A DNA stretch of 64,000 nt from Pristiophorus japonicus (Eukaryota). The translations under genes and the position numbers were made by a program. A model generated the notes under the pieces. The model saw only the letters and a program-made list of their open reading frames with translations, had not been told where the DNA came from and did no database searches. Shown in pieces: positions 12,485 through 26,229 of the stretch; position 1 is the stretch's first letter, and each line of letters begins with the position of its first letter. The DNA lies in the NCBI RefSeq assembly GCF_044704955.1, contig NC_091982.1:28582001-28646000 (forward strand). The letters are read 5' to 3'.

Positions 12485-13159
12485 TCCCCATTGTCAAGAC
12501 TAATCTTCAATATTAGCATATCCTAATCAGACAATGGCCCAGAGATATTATGATTAACTTTGATGAGACACCTGGCACAAAACAAGTTCTAACACCCCTC
12601 CACCATCATAATTTAGGCCAGAACATTCCAGAGGCAGAAACCTAGAAGATCCAATTTCCAGGCCTTCACCACCTGCCCACCTTGCTCCATCAACCCACCT
12701 CAGTAATTTCAGTCCCCAGATGTCTTAGTACTTGTTGTGTATGTAAATAAATATACTAACTGAAGCAGGAGAAATGTAACTGTGTCCTTCATAGCAACTT
12801 CCAAAATGGTATCCCAAAACCAGCATGAACCAGCATGTTTACAGCAGTGAGAGTTTGTGCAACAAACAGAGGATGAACACAACGTATTTCCCCCCTTCTG
12901 AAAAATACAGTCTGTGAACAGACAAAGTTCTTGAGATAGCCAGGCCGTGTTCTGATACGCTGAGACCGGCGTGGAGCTTGACCGAGGTTTTCGGTTGGGA
13001 AACTGAACGGTGCCTCCGTTCCATCCTGCTGGTCTGTTGGCCTGTGAGTTGGGATCAGTCTATGAGCGTTCTATCGAGTTCCATCATTGAGCTCGTAGGT
13101 GTGAGGGCTGAACTTTCTCCTGATCTCTTTTGGAGACGAAAGTGAAGATGCGAGCTTAT

Positions 13160-13251
13160 GTTCAGCCATGAACTCATTGAATGGCGGTGCAGGCTAGAAG
13201 GGCTGAATGGCCTGCTCCTGCACCTATTTTCTATGTTTCTATGTTTCTATG
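13160..13251 (+). mobile_element. CR1 3' tail inserted in the Gypsy element
   Basis: CAGCCATGAACTCATTGAATGGCGG...(TTTCTATG)n; almost identical to 27412-27502. Confidence 0.9.
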
Positions 13252-13319
13252 ACTACAGTTTGGGTGCTTTACTCTGACCCAATCTCCGTTCTTCAGTTGG
13301 GGCTTTTGAGCATGTCGCT

Positions 13320-16300
13320 TTGTCAGTGTACGACTTCGCTTTTCATTGGCGTTCCGAAATCTGGGATGCGAGTGTGGTTATCTTCATGCTAGGTTTGGCT
13401 GTGGTTTTGAGAATGTCCAGTAGCCAGCGAAGATTCTGCCCAATCATGAGCTCAGGGGGTGTCTCCCCCGTTAGCGAGTGTTTTGTCGAATGGTATGTGC
13501 GGAGAATGGTTTGAACTGCTTCATCGAATGTTTGGTCTGCTGCGAGGTTGGCTTTCAAACCCTCTTTGATGACGCGGTTAAATCCATTGCTTCGAGGATT
13601 GTACCGAGCAATAAGGTGATGTTCGATAGCCTGATGAGTGAGGAAATTTGCAAACTGTGGTCCATTGTCAGTGATTATGACCTCAGGGAAGCCCCACTTT
13701 GTGAACATACGCTGCAGAATAGTGACGATCGTTGATGAGGTCATTGAACTTGTCGCGATTTCTGGCCATTTGGAATGCAGGTCATTTAATACAACGAGGA
13801 AACGCTGGTGCTGTGGAGCTGCTTCAACTGAACCAAAGATATCCAACTAAAGTTGTTGCCATGGTCTTTGCGGCCATGGAATGGGCTTCATTGGAGCTGG
13901 TCGGATGTTTGTGGCCTTTTCGCTCAAACTGCATGCTTCACAGTATAAGACAAACTCCTTGATGCGAGTGTCAATTCCAGACCACCATACTGAATCGCAA
14001 CATCTCTGCTTCATGCGGACAATGCCAGGGTGTCCATTGTGTACCAATGAGAGAACGCGCTGTTGAAGCAACTTGGGAATTACTGCTCTATCACCACGAG
14101 CTAGGCAGCCATCATTCCAAATGGAAAATTCCTCGCAAAGTCTGTGGAAAGTTTTCGGCTCTTCTGGAATTTGCTTAGGCCACTCAGTCCGGAGGAAGTG
14201 ACACATGTGCTGGAGCGTAGCATCACGCTGTGATTCGGTTTTGAGTTTGTCACAGAAGACAAGGTTTCTGATGGATTGAGTGATGATCGATGTGACATAT
14301 GTGTCGTCATCTGTGAACAAGTCAGCACCAGAGTTCGAAGCAGGTGTCGAGCGGCTGAGCATGTCAGTTACGTGGTTGCGATGGCCAGCGATGTACTGTA
14401 TATCAAAGTTATACTAATGAAGGTGATCTGACCATCGGCTGATTCGTAGTGTTCTGTGCCCGGATCCAGTTGTAGCGAGTAGCGTAGTTAGCGCTTGGTG
14501 ATCCGTACGGAGAGTAAATTTCCTGCCATAATCTAGATGTGCCAGCGTTCACATGCGTAGATGCAAGCGAGTGATTCGCATTCCCCTGTAGAGTATTTAT
14601 GTTCTACAAACAAGAGCATGTGAGAGGCGAAGGCTACTGGGTGTTCCAGGCCATCAAACCATTGCAAGAGCATAGCACCCATAGCGGTGCCTGATGCATC
14701 CGTGGTGATGTATATGGTGGCATTCGGATAAAAGTGCACAAGGATAGGAGGGAATGTGATTTTCTCCTTAAGCGTGGTGAATGCCTGAGCCTGGGAATCT
14801 GTCCATTCCCAAGGGATGTCCTTACGCAGCAACTTGCGAAATGGTTCGGCAATATGCGCGTAGTGTGGGATGAACTTCAGATCGAAGTTGCAAATAACGA
14901 GGAATGATGAAAGTTCTGTGACGTTGGTAGCCTCCTGCATTAGCTGGATCGCATCAATGTTGTCAAGCGTTGATTTGACACCTTGTGCTTTGACTCTGTA
15001 GCCCAGAAAGTTTATTTCTCCAGCAGCGAATGTACACTTATCGGCATTAAGTATAATGTTATGTGTAGCAAGTCCAGCCATAACTGCGGGAAGTCGCTGG
15101 TCATGTTCTTCCATTGTCCAGCCATGGATGACGATATCATCAAGCAGATTGAGGGCTCCCTCTATGCCTACTGGCATAGTAGTGACAATCTTCTGAAATG
15201 CACTTGGTGCAGAAGATAATCCGTAGGGCATGCATCGATAGTGATACAGACCATTATGCGTCGTGAATGCCGTGAGCGGTTTGTTGTCCTCCGCTAGGGA
15301 TATTTGCAGGTAACTGCAGCGCATGTCGAGTTTTGTAAAAACTATTGAGCCATGGAATTCTAAAGACAGTTCGTCGATGGTAGGAAGAGGGTGCTTGTCG
15401 GGGAAGATGGCCTTGTTGACCTCTTTCAGGTCGATGCATAAGCGGATCTCCCCATTTTTACGGCAAGCAATGACTAAGTTCGAAATCCAGGGTGAGGAGT
15501 CGATGCTCTCAATGATTCCCTGAGATTCGAGTCACGTTAATTCTGCGGATAATTGGTTGCGAACCGCGAATGGGAGACGGCGAAGTCACTGCATAACCGG
15601 TTAGATGGAATGGTCAACGCGGGGACAATGGCAGAATTTTGTTGTCACTTCAAACCCTGTGAAAATTGAGGGATACTGCTTGTCAAAATCCACCGTGTGC
15701 CAGTTGGATCATAAACTTTGAACCCAAGCTTGTCAAAAAGGTCAACACCAATGAGTCTTCGTCCCTTCGCAACATGAAAGGAAAAGTTCTCCAATGTTAT
15801 GTCCTTGTAGTATATTGGGACAGATATAACTCCAAGTACCTCAATTTTGGAGTCGGAGCACGTATGTAGAGTGGAAGTTGCGGGCTGCGGTTGACAGTGC
15901 GTGAAGTGGGTTTTGTACACAGCTTCACTCAATATGGAGACTTTAGCTCCAAAGTCAATGAGGAGGTAGATGGGCGTACCATCATATTTACCCTAACAGT
16001 CCTTAAATTTGCCCAGACCAATGTGTGTTACGTCACTAACGGTGTAAACCATACTGGGCTCATCACTATCGGGGTTGTCCACATGTGGAATATGCTGCGA
16101 TGAACGACCAACACTAGCAAAATGGTTCATTTTACCACATGCAGAGCATTTCTTCCTATGTGCAGGGCAGTTAGGACTCTGCTGAATGTGATTTGTCCCC
16201 ACAGTTAAAGCAGTGAAAGTTAGGCTCACGATCCGTAGTGGGTGGCTTATTATTAGCCCTGGGCCTCTGCTGTGATTTCCGCGTTGGACGAATGCCTTGC

Positions 16301-16860
16301 ACATGGGCTGTAGCTGAAGTCTGCTGCACAGGGAGAGCAGGGGATCTGATCGCTTTTGAATCGGAAAGCGCTGATTCGATTTGGATGGCCAAATTAGTTG
16401 CCTTATCCAATGTCAATTTGTCATCCTTCCTTAGCAAGTGTTCCCGAATGCAGGGGATCATTGTTTTCTCAATAATTTGATCCCTGATCATTTCCTCTGT
16501 GAGTGCTCCAAAGTTACACATAGCGACCAGTTCAGTTAATGAAATGGTATACTGTTTGGTTCACTGTTCACTTGCCCTTTTGACAAAAATTATATCTTTG
16601 GATCATGACACTTTTCTTTGGCCTAAAATATTTCTCTAGGGCGCTCACCGCTTTGTCGAAGGACTCCGTGTCTTCGATTTGGCCATGCGTTGTACTTCAG
16701 TGCAGAGGCAGTGGATAAGTATTGCACGGAGGCGAGCTGGTGTTACGTTGTTGCCATCTAACCCACTTGCCATGATGTACGTAGAAAATATATTAATCCA
16801 TCTCGGCACTGGATGTGGAGAGGAAAGGCACCGGGGGGTGGGAGGTGCGGGGGAGCGGTA
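13320..16860 (-). pseudogene. Gypsy gag-pol, disrupted
   Basis: Gag with two zinc knuckles (CFNCGDKSH, CSACGKMNH); protease LIDFGA; RT MPYGLSSAP...LLDD; RNase H TDASG; integrase HNGHPG...CEAC and ITDNGPQF; many frameshifts and stops. Confidence 0.95.
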
Positions 16861-18120
16861 GGGAGGTTAATTTGATTCATCCTTTTTGCCAAATTATGTT
16901 GTGTACATAAATAAACAGATTAACTGAAACAGGAGAAATGTAACTTAACTGTATCCTTTATAGCAACTCCAAAATGGTGTCCCAAAACCAGCATGAACCA
17001 GCATGTTTACAATAGTGTGTGAATAGCTCCCGCAGGGTCCTAATGCCCATCCAGTGAACGTTCGTGCAACAAACAAACAGATTATGAACACAACAGTACT
17101 TTATAAAAATGCGTAGTTTTATTAATTCACGGATAGTTTGCATAGTCTACATAACAGACATTTTTGTCGAGCCTCAGCTGAAAGGACCTGCAGAGAGAGA
17201 GGTTCTGCTCTTGCCAGCTGAAAATTAAAATAGAACATATGAAAATGATGGACAGGAAAATACCAGCTGGTCCATCGAACCTGTCCCATAGAGTCATGTT
17301 GCAATTAAGCACCATGACCTCAATTTCTCCCACCCAAGGACAGCCATATAATCTGCTGGAAGAAGCAAAAAGAAGGGGGGAAAAGCCCTTGGCATTCAGG
17401 GAAAATGAAATCTGGAAAATTCCTCTCCGACCCTGAAGGAGATCACAGGGAGTTCAGGAGACCGCAGTGACCATAAGGTCCAACACCCAACAACTCACCT
17501 ACCTTTTGTGCACAGTGATATCAGCAGAGTGGCTACATTGTAGGGTGGTGCATGACATTGCAAATTATTTTGCTTCTGTGGAGATTAAATTTGTGTTCAC
17601 TGATTCTAATGCTCACTGTGAGTAAAAATAATGCTGGTGAATAAAGAATAAAATGTGATTTAATTCCTTCAAAGAGTATAGAAGAGCATAAAGCTCAACA
17701 CTATATAAATTCAGTTGCTTCCCTTTGTTTGATTTAATAAATTATTTTGGTTTATAAATCGGCTCAGCTGCCTACTTAATTTCTCACTCGGCCCTGATGA
17801 CAGAGATCTAATTATCTGAGCATTAGTCTAGCACTGTGACCACAGTCAATTGGAGTTACAGCATAATAAAATGGAAATTGTATTTTACTTTAACAGGAGT
17901 GGAGCATCTGACAGCCTGATAGAGTACAAGGCAGAGCCATCACTGGTTGCTATCCTCATCATTTATTACTTGTAGGGTTATGCTCTTATTTGAATAATAT
18001 CTTTGAGGGGCTTTCAGATGATTTATAGGGAAAAGGAGGAAATAATCTGAATTGTTTTTTTTTTTATTTCCAGTTTTTATGCTCCCGAGATTGATGGTGA
18101 CAATCATTTGTGATTCTTTG

Positions 18121-18960
18121 GGCTGGACTTCCCACTTTGCTGGCCATCGCCCAAAAAATGGGCGATGCTCCAGCAATGTACAACGTCTCAGCCTTACTGA
18201 TCGCTGGAACAGCGGCCATTTTTGGGGGGATTACGCAGTGGGGTCATCAGCCAGCTGGCAAGGCCATATCCCTTATCCCCCAGCATCCAACCATGACCTT
18301 CTGGCTGATTGACAAACAGGTCAGGGATAGCACTCTCACTTGGGATGTGCGCATCATGGATGTTGCCAGGAAATGTAACATTAACTGTTCAGAATGAGTT
18401 GGCTGTGGTCAACAACAAGCTGCACATTTAGGGAGTGGAATCCCTTTCAGTTATGAAACACCTCCTGTAAAGGTGCTTTCAGGGCGATGTGCGTGAAGTC
18501 TATTGCTCCCTGCACTTTGGGGAAGTTTGTTATTCTGGAGAAACCCAAAGCCCTCCTAGTCTGTGCCTCCCTGGTCATAGGGAAGCTTATAAAGTTAATT
18601 CTGTGAGCGTAAAGGGCTTCAGTCATCTGCTGAATGCAGCAGTGTGTGGAGTGCTGAGAGATATGACAGATGTCGCCAGCTGAAGCCTGAAAGGATCCCA
18701 AAGCATAGAAGGCTAGTGCTGCAGTAACGTTTACCTCAATGGGCAGTGCGATTCTGATGGTGCTGGAAGGCTGCAAATCCCTCAAGACGAGCTGGCAAAT
18801 CTCATCGATGACCTCCTTCCGGAAGCGCAGCCTCTTTAGACACGTGTTTTCAAACAAGCTGAGGTAAGATTGCTTTTCCAAGTACCTTCATTGGCTGTAT
18901 GCTCGCCTCCTCTGTCTCCTCTGTACAATATAGTCTATAGCGATAGCGCTAAATCCAGCC
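18121..18960 (-). mobile_element. Internally deleted Harbinger element with HARBI1-like transposase fragment
   Basis: TIRs GGCTGGA...TCCAGCC; TSD TTG/TTG; RLRFRKE, LAFYALGSFQ, FPKVQGAIDFTHIAL and GDKGY motifs. Confidence 0.9.
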
Positions 18961-19168
18961 TTGCACAATGGAATTTGTGCGCTGGAGCCCAAACTTGCGA
19001 TTAAAAAAAAACGGAGCTTCTGCGCATGCACAAATTGGTTTTTTTAATTTTTTTTTTCTCTGAATTTTTTCTTCTTCCCATGAACCTGGTCAGCTGTCAG
19101 GGTGTGCCCGTACATGCACACTACATTCAGGGCTGAAGCAGGTACTTTTCACAGACCAAGCAGCCACG

Positions 19169-19830
19169 ATGGAAGGGGACTCCAGCTGGCAGAGAGTCCA
19201 AAGATTTAGCCAAGAAGCAAACAAGGCCCTGATTGCGGCTGTGCAAACCAGATGGGGGGAATTTAATAGGAGGGGTGCTTGTGGACCAGCATGGCTGGGG
19301 AGCTCTCCTCAGTCGGTCGATAATACCAGGAGGGACCATCAACAATGTAAGAAAATGTTCAATGACCATCGCAGGGTCGTGAGAGTAAATAATATTCTTA
19401 TTCATGCACTCCTTCATTACTTACATTGTAAATCTGACACATGTTGGTATAGGTAGGCTTAGTGTTGCACCCATTTGCCATGAATGATCTTTACACATTA
19501 GTAAGTTTGCTTTTTGACATCTTAAAATATATTTCTGCACTTCGATGTCTTCCTCATGTACCACATGCACCTACCAGGGCCATTAAACAGAGGACTGTAT
19601 TAAATGCACACAGTATGGTATATCTGTGTGTGCCACAAGAGCAGTTGGACCCTCTGGTAACCGTTCCAATTGTCATCTTTGCAGGCAAAGTTGTCACATA
19701 ACCACAGGGAGCAGCGGCACACAAGCGGTGGTCCACTCCAGACCTGCAGGAGCGCATAGCAGCTCTGTTCTGTGCCTCAGGGAGGTCAACTACCCGTGGG
19801 GATGCTGACCCCCTGTTCAATAGTGAAGAT
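19169..19830 (+). pseudogene. Harbinger Myb/SANT-like ORF2, exons 19169-19384 and 19685-~19830
   Basis: QRFSQEANKALIAAV...QQCKKMFND.RRVVR then GTAAAT; acceptor TTTGCAG then AKLSHNHREQRHTSGG. Confidence 0.8.
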
Positions 19831-19884
19831 ATGTCCTGCACATTCCTCGGTTTGGGTTGGGGCAATGTGATGCGATGTCTGTGG

Positions 19885-20037
19885 GCTAGGGTTGGGGCAA
19901 TGTGGGGTGGGGGGGGTGGGTGCGGGGTGGGGGGTGGGGTGGGGGGGCGTGGGCGGGGTGGGGTGTGGGGGGGGTGGGCGGGGTGTGGGCAGGGTGGGGG
20001 CTGGGTGGGGGGGGCGGGGTGCGTGGGGGTGGTGGGT
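19885..20037 (+). repeat. G-rich tract with G-quadruplex potential
   Basis: Dense runs of three or more G separated by short spacers. Confidence 0.85.
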
Positions 20038-20540
20038 GTTCTCGATCAGGTCAACATCCCCAGCATCGAAGCACTGACCACACTCGACCAGCTCCGCTGG
20101 GCAGGCCACATCGACCACATGTCCGACACGAGACTCCCAAAGCAATCGCTCTACTCGGAACTTCTACATGGCAAGCGAGCCCCAGGTGGGCAGAGGCAAT
20201 GTTTGAAGGACACCCTCAAAGCCTCCTTGATAAAGTGCAACATTCCCACTGGCACCTGGGAATCCCTGGCCCAAGACCGCCCTAAGTGAAAGAAGAGCAT
20301 CTGGGAGGGTGTTGAGCACCTCGAGTCTCATCACTGAGAGTATGCAGAAAACAAGCGCAGACAGCGGAAGGAGCGTGCGGCAAACCAGATTCCCCACCCA
20401 CCCTTTCCTTCAACAACTGTCTGTCCCACCTGTGACAGAGACTGTAATTCCCATATTGAACTGTACAGTCACCTGAGAACTCACTTTTAGAGTGGAAGTA
20501 AGTCTTCCTCGATTTCGAGGGACTGCCTATGATGATGATG
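20037..20540 (+). mobile_element. RTE LINE 3' fragment
   Basis: NIPSIEAL...QLRWAGH...RLPKQ.LYSEL; (TGA)n tail. Confidence 0.95.
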
Positions 20541-21671
20541 GTGGGGGTGGTGGGATGGGTTCATCACCAGGCTCCTCGTCCTCCTCCTTGTCTTCCTCAT
20601 GGTCTACCTCCTCCTCCTTGTGATCCTTATTCCCCTCCCCTCTCTCCTGAGGTGGTCCTGCAGTCCCCACTGGAAAACCCTGTCCCCTAATAATGGCTAA
20701 GTTGTGCAGCATGCAGCACACCACAATGAACTCAGAGACCTGCAGAGGGGTGTATTGCAGGGAGCCTCCAGAGTGGTCCAGGCATCGGAAGCACTGCTTG
20801 AGCACTCCAATTGTCTTTTCAACAATGTTGCGTGTGGCTGCATAGCTCTCATTATAGCGATGCTCGACTTGTGTCTGAGGGTTCCGGAGGGTGGTCATGA
20901 GCCAGGTGGCTTTGTCCCCCAGCATCCAGCTCTGGCCTTGTAGCTGACGCTCGAACAGGTATGACAGGTATGCTCTCACGCAAGATGAAAGCATCATGGA
21001 TGCTCCCTGGAAATTGTGCATTTACTACCATGATGCGCTGAGTATAGTCGCAGACAAGCTGTACATCGAGGGAGTGGAATCCCTTTCAGTTTCGGTAAAC
21101 CACTCGATCCTCCAAAGGTGCTCGCAGGGCGATGTGTGTACAATTAATGGCAGCCTGAACCTTGGGGAAGCCAGCAATTCATGCAAAACCTACAGCCCTC
21201 TCATTCTGTGCCTCCTTGGTCATTGGGAGCTTTATAAAGTCTATCCTACATGCGTACAGTGCAGTAATCACCTGGCGTATGCAACAATTATAGCATGCTG
21301 CAAGATGGAGCATATGTCCTTTGCTAATGCCTGAAAGAAACCAGAGGCATAGAAGGCAAGTGCCACAGTCACCTTCACCTCGACGGGCAGTGCAGTCCTG
21401 TTCCTGCTGGTAGGCTGTAGGTCTGCCTTTATCAGCTGGCATATCTCTGTGACCACCTCTTTTTGAAAGTGCAGTCTTTAAATGCGCTGTGTGTCAGACA
21501 GGTGCAGGTATGAGCGCTGTTCCCCATAAACTCATGGGGGTAAGGCCTCCTCCCCATACGTCTGCGAGCTCTTCGATTATGCTCAAAATGCTTTTGAATA
21601 AGCCTTCCTCCAGCTCGATGCTGGATAGAAAGTACAGCCAGGAATAATGGCAGAGGTATTATAGCCCCCAT
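20541..21671 (-). pseudogene. Harbinger (HARBI1-like DDE) transposase, convergent with the Myb gene at 19169; right TIR ends at 22118
   Basis: LPVEVKVTVALAFYASGFFQ, LGDK, YNES...RNIVEKTIGVLKQCFRCL, VVCCMLHN and an acidic tail; GAATTTCTAGCCC at 22106-22118. Confidence 0.92.
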
Positions 21672-22779
21672 TCTTTTAAATGTCCTTAAATATCCTTAAA
21701 AACAAACTATGAACTAACATAAAGCTCGCTGTGTAAAACGCAGCCTTCCTTCCCAAATCCTTTTATGCAATGAACTTCTGCTCTGTTTGTCACAATGGCG
21801 CCGTTAGCGCTGAGTGTGTTGTGGGTCTGACCTGGTAAGACTTGATTTTGTGGGTGGGTATTTAGGCCGGCGATAAAAATGCCGATATCGGCAAATTTTC
21901 CGCCCCCCCCGGTGATAGCGCAGCGTTGTACGCTGATTGACGTCATAAAATTGGCAAAAAAAAACGGTCCGCCAATAATTTGTAGCGCAGCACAAAACCG
22001 CTACCAAATTTTCCAATCGGGCGCTAAATTTTGTGCGACTCATTTAGCGCCAAAAAAAAATACTTTTTCAGCTTCGCCATGGCGCTAAACGGGCGCAAAC
22101 CTGCCGAATTTCTAGCCCAAGGTCAGATGATCATGAAAAAAGAGTCTAAAACCCTACTGAGTACAAATATGCTAAGAATGGAATTGCAACTAAAATTATG
22201 TCAGTGTCTTCAGCGAAACAGGATGAAGAGGACTGTGGAAAAAAAAGGAAAAATTAAAATGGAACCCAGAAGGTGTGCTTATGTGTGTGTATTTTTGGTA
22301 GGGGCACGTGGTTGGAAATTTTAGTATTATTTAAAGTTGGCAATGTTAGATTCCAAAGAGAAAGGTTATCATAACTTATATGCAAAAACACAAATAACTA
22401 CAGGCCATCAACAATAATGAACATGATAGTTTAATACCTTGCTGCATTTAAACATCAAAATACATGATGGTATCACTGGAAATGCAGTTCAAAGGTTTAA
22501 GCTAGATATAACTTGTACACATTCTGGAAGATATCAGCCCAAAATTTCCTTTATGTCAGTTGTACTGGAAAATTACATTGTTCGCCAGTACAACTGTACG
22601 CATGTTTCCTGGATAAGGTCATTTGCACATGAACTGATGAAATTTCTGGTATAATTGCATTCTAAAAATGCAATGAGCAATTTAGGCCCCAGGCAACTTC
22701 ACTACAGGATAACAAGGAAAGGCTGCAGATATTCTTTCCTCGACCTCTTTGCATTTTATTCACTTCGGGCATCTCCCAC

Positions 22780-23290
22780 TTTCATCTGAAGTGCCTCTTG
22801 CCAGAACCATGAGCAGTCACAGGCCAGCTGTGCCCACAAGCACCATGACATCTGGCCAAAGGGCAGTATATTTTTCGTAGGAAGACCAGCCAGTCCCCCT
22901 GGAAAAGGTGGAAGAACAGGAGGGACTGATTACTGGATGATGTAACACAGATCCTCTGTATTACCTTAAGAGGATCTGGCTCCAAAAATATTCAGAGCAG
23001 TGGCCACTTTCATAGCAACAGACAGAACTATTAGGTCGTGGAGCTAGTCTAAAGATCTTTTCAAAGATCACACAGATGTGCAATGACCATCTTGGACAAT
23101 CACACCCTTTGAGCATAGAGCTCCTCTGAGAGGTCCTCATAGGACCAGTCCTGCCTGTAAACACACTGGTGGGCTGGTGTCTTTTGCCATGCTGTCTTAT
23201 TCTTTTCGCCTCCACACGCTGCTGTTCTTTTTCCCTGCTCCACAACGATGGCATAGAGAGGTATGCCCATGGGGCATGCCATTCCTTCTC
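22780..23290 (-). pseudogene. Highly decayed Harbinger transposase 5' fragment
   Basis: SYEDLSEE and AMKVATALNIF traces comparable to the other copies in the window. Confidence 0.6.
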
Positions 23291-24990
23291 CAGAGTTGTT
23301 CTGGAAATGTGGTGGTTCTGGGGAGTAGAGAGGTCAGAAAATGTAGGGGTAATGGTGGAGTGATGTGCTACACGTGAGTTTCCTCAATCTTATTTAGTGT
23401 AATGATAATATAAGTGCTGAAGATAATGAGGAAATTCAAGGCTACAATCTTGTAACTAAAAAGGAAGAAAGGAATAAAGACTTGCATTTATATAGCATCT
23501 TTCTTGACCTCAGGATATACACTACATAACCAACTAAAACCACTTAGCTGTAAAGTCCTCTGAGCCGTCTGAAACATTAACTGTAGAATTCTATATATTT
23601 TTTCCTACAACTTCAGTCAGTCCTTTTGAACCCACTACCACTCAAGCTGGCAAAAAAAGGGACAATGGGTAGGGATACTAGAGACATGGCTACATGACTC
23701 CTGACAACACTCTGTGCTGGGACAGAGGTCACAACAAGTAGCAAAGGTGAGAGGCAAAGATGGTTCTTCAGTCACCTAGATTCTGGGTAGATACTATATA
23801 TGCCACACAGTTCTTGAGAGAGTGGATGCAGGCCTCCAGTCACAAATGTGACAATTCCCTCTCAGAATACCATAGTTACCTATACAATCTTGAAAGGCTG
23901 TGAGCAGATCACTCTTTACCAATGACTGAGTTCTGTGTTTCTGTTGAGTCATTGTTGTTGTTCTGATATTACTAAGAACAAGGGACTGATGTTCTTAATA
24001 AAGTTTCAGATGCTCAGTGAGCTATAAAGGGCTTTAATCTATTTAATTAACAACTAAATGAGAATTATTAGGTCTTGTCTATGAACATTACTACTGGGAT
24101 TAGAAACCTACAGGAAATTTTGGTCAGGCATCAGTGGTCATAATACTAAATTAGTAAGATTTACCATCATTAGTAACATTGCCACATCACTGACAGAAGG
24201 TAGTAAATCTAGCCTATTATATTCTATCAATGTTCAATGCTGTTAGTGAATTTATATTGATTTTTTTCCCCATTTTATTATGCTCATCTTGTGTTTGAAA
24301 GAACATCTAAATGCTAGTTATGTGCAAAAAGGCTCAGAAAGATCCATGTTGAACTCAAGTGAGAGAGTCAGAATAAATCAGAGCACAGTAGGAAGCCATT
24401 CGGCCTATAGAGTCTGTGCCGGAAGAATTAATGAGAAAAATTGTTTGCTAAATTTTTTAAAACTTTTAATCAATAATTATTCACAACCTGAGTGGAAATA
24501 TTTATATTAGAATGAAATATTTCTTCTAAAGTTCCCAAAATGTAACACTATGTAATGCACTGGTTTCTTATTAAAGTATACATATATATATAAATGGGGA
24601 TGACCTCCTCTGCTCACTATATATAGGAACATGAGAATATACAGCATTGGAAAGACTATTGGGATCCATCTGGCTGGTCTGATATCTGAAAAATATCATA
24701 TCGCATTTAGCAACACCATAAGTGAATGCAGATGATTTCTTCTGATCTTTTTCGAGTGAAATTGTAAACATGTACAGATAGAATGGATTAATAATTTAAC
24801 TAAAATACCAACCAGACAGAATCTTTGTGCATTTGTTTAAAATGTCACTTTGTATGGTGACTGGAGGAAATCACTTAACTATGCAACCCATTTTTGTTGC
24901 CCATTACCAAATCTCCCATAGAGGTACCAATGGGTGGTCTGGGATCTAGAATAGGCTTCATATGTTTAGCTGTCATGTGTCATGTTTCTG

Positions 24991-25445
24991 TGTCAGCCAG
25001 TTGGTGGCACCCTCGCCTCTGAGGTCAGAAGGTTGTCGATTCAAATCCCACTCCAGAGACTTGAGCACAAAATCTACGCTGATACTCCAGTGCAGTGTTG
25101 AGGGAGTACTGCACTGCCGGAGGTGCTGTCTTTCAGATGAGTCATTAAACCAAGGTCCCATCTGCTCTCTCAGATGGACATAAAAGATCCCATGCCACTA
25201 TTTCGAAGAAGAGCAAGGGAATTAACCCTGGTGACGTGACCAATATTTATCCCACAATCAACATCAGTAAAACAGATAATCTAGTCATTATTACATTGCT
25301 GTTTGTGGGAGTTGCTGTGCCCAAATTAGTTGCTGCGTTTCCTACATTACAACAGTGACTACACTTTAAAAGTACTTCATTGGCTGTAAAGCGCTTTGGG
25401 ACATCGTGAAAGGCGCTATATAAATGCAAGTCTTTCTTTCTTTCT
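24991..25445 (+). mobile_element. Deu-domain SINE, near full length
   Basis: tRNA-like head with B-box-like GATTCAAATCC, Deu core, L2-like tail and (CTTT)n. Confidence 0.85.
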
Positions 25446-26229
25446 GTTACTCAGGTCTGTCCTTTTAAGGCATTGTTTGAATAGGCCCAGAGGAATTCAG
25501 TTCATTGTAGATGCTTGTAAATTATTGCAGGAATTTAAGGTCAGTAAATTGCATGTAAAAGTCAGAAATACCCAGATTTTGTATCTGTAGGAAAGTCTGT
25601 AATGTGACAGGCGCATTCTAGATGCTCGAGGTTGCAATAGACAGATAGTTGGAGAGATAAATAGATGGATAAAGATACATATAGGCACATCAGTCTCTGA
25701 AGATGTGGGGTAGAGTTTCCGCTTTTGGGCAATCAGTAATCTAGGCACATATTGCGCTCAAAATTGCACAAGTTTTCCTAATTTAATTTTTTGCTCAAGT
25801 TTCCATTCAAACTCATTTACATATTGGCAAACCTAAAATCTTTCATGGACCAGCACAATCGGGCAGCTTAACTTTTTTTCTTTGCATTAAAAATATTCCT
25901 TAATATAATTGAGTGGTAACTTGGTGCAATTTTATTAACACAGCTGAAAATGGGTTTATCACAAAAAATAAGCATTTTTACTCAGAGTGCCTAGTCAAAC
26001 CCTATGAGTAAACTGATTTAAAATAATTGAAACTTACTTTAAAATACTATCCAGAACCATTTATTAGTTTCATTGGTAGTCAGATTATTGGTAAATTAAT
26101 TATTTTTTTTAATTTAAAGGGAGAGAAATTTGGTCGTGCCTCTGTTGCAGCATTAATCCAGGCAGAGCGGTACTTAGCGCCTTGAATTAGTTTGTGCCTC
26201 CCACCCAGAAATTCATCAGAATTGGTCGG

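Larger units (their letters stand above)
10167..12594 (-). mobile_element. Probable solo LTR carrying Penelope-type and RTE insertions
   Basis: TGTTGGAA ... TTCTAACA termini; minus-strand AATAAA near 10765; flanks CCAC/CCCC (imperfect). Confidence 0.4.
12733..17095 (-). mobile_element. Full-length decayed Gypsy LTR retrotransposon (Mag-type); LTRs 12733-12884 and 16897-17095
   Basis: Direct repeats TGTTGTGT...ACACAAC(A/G); perfect 5-bp TSD GTACT; degenerate PBS TGGCAAAAAGGATG next to the 5' LTR; polypurine tract next to the 3' LTR; gag-pro-RT-RH-IN order. Confidence 0.95.

Noticed and set aside
17127-17333. Possible minus-strand exon after TTTTAATTTTCAG
   Set aside because: The pyrimidine tract abuts an old LINE tail and the peptides are unrecognisable.
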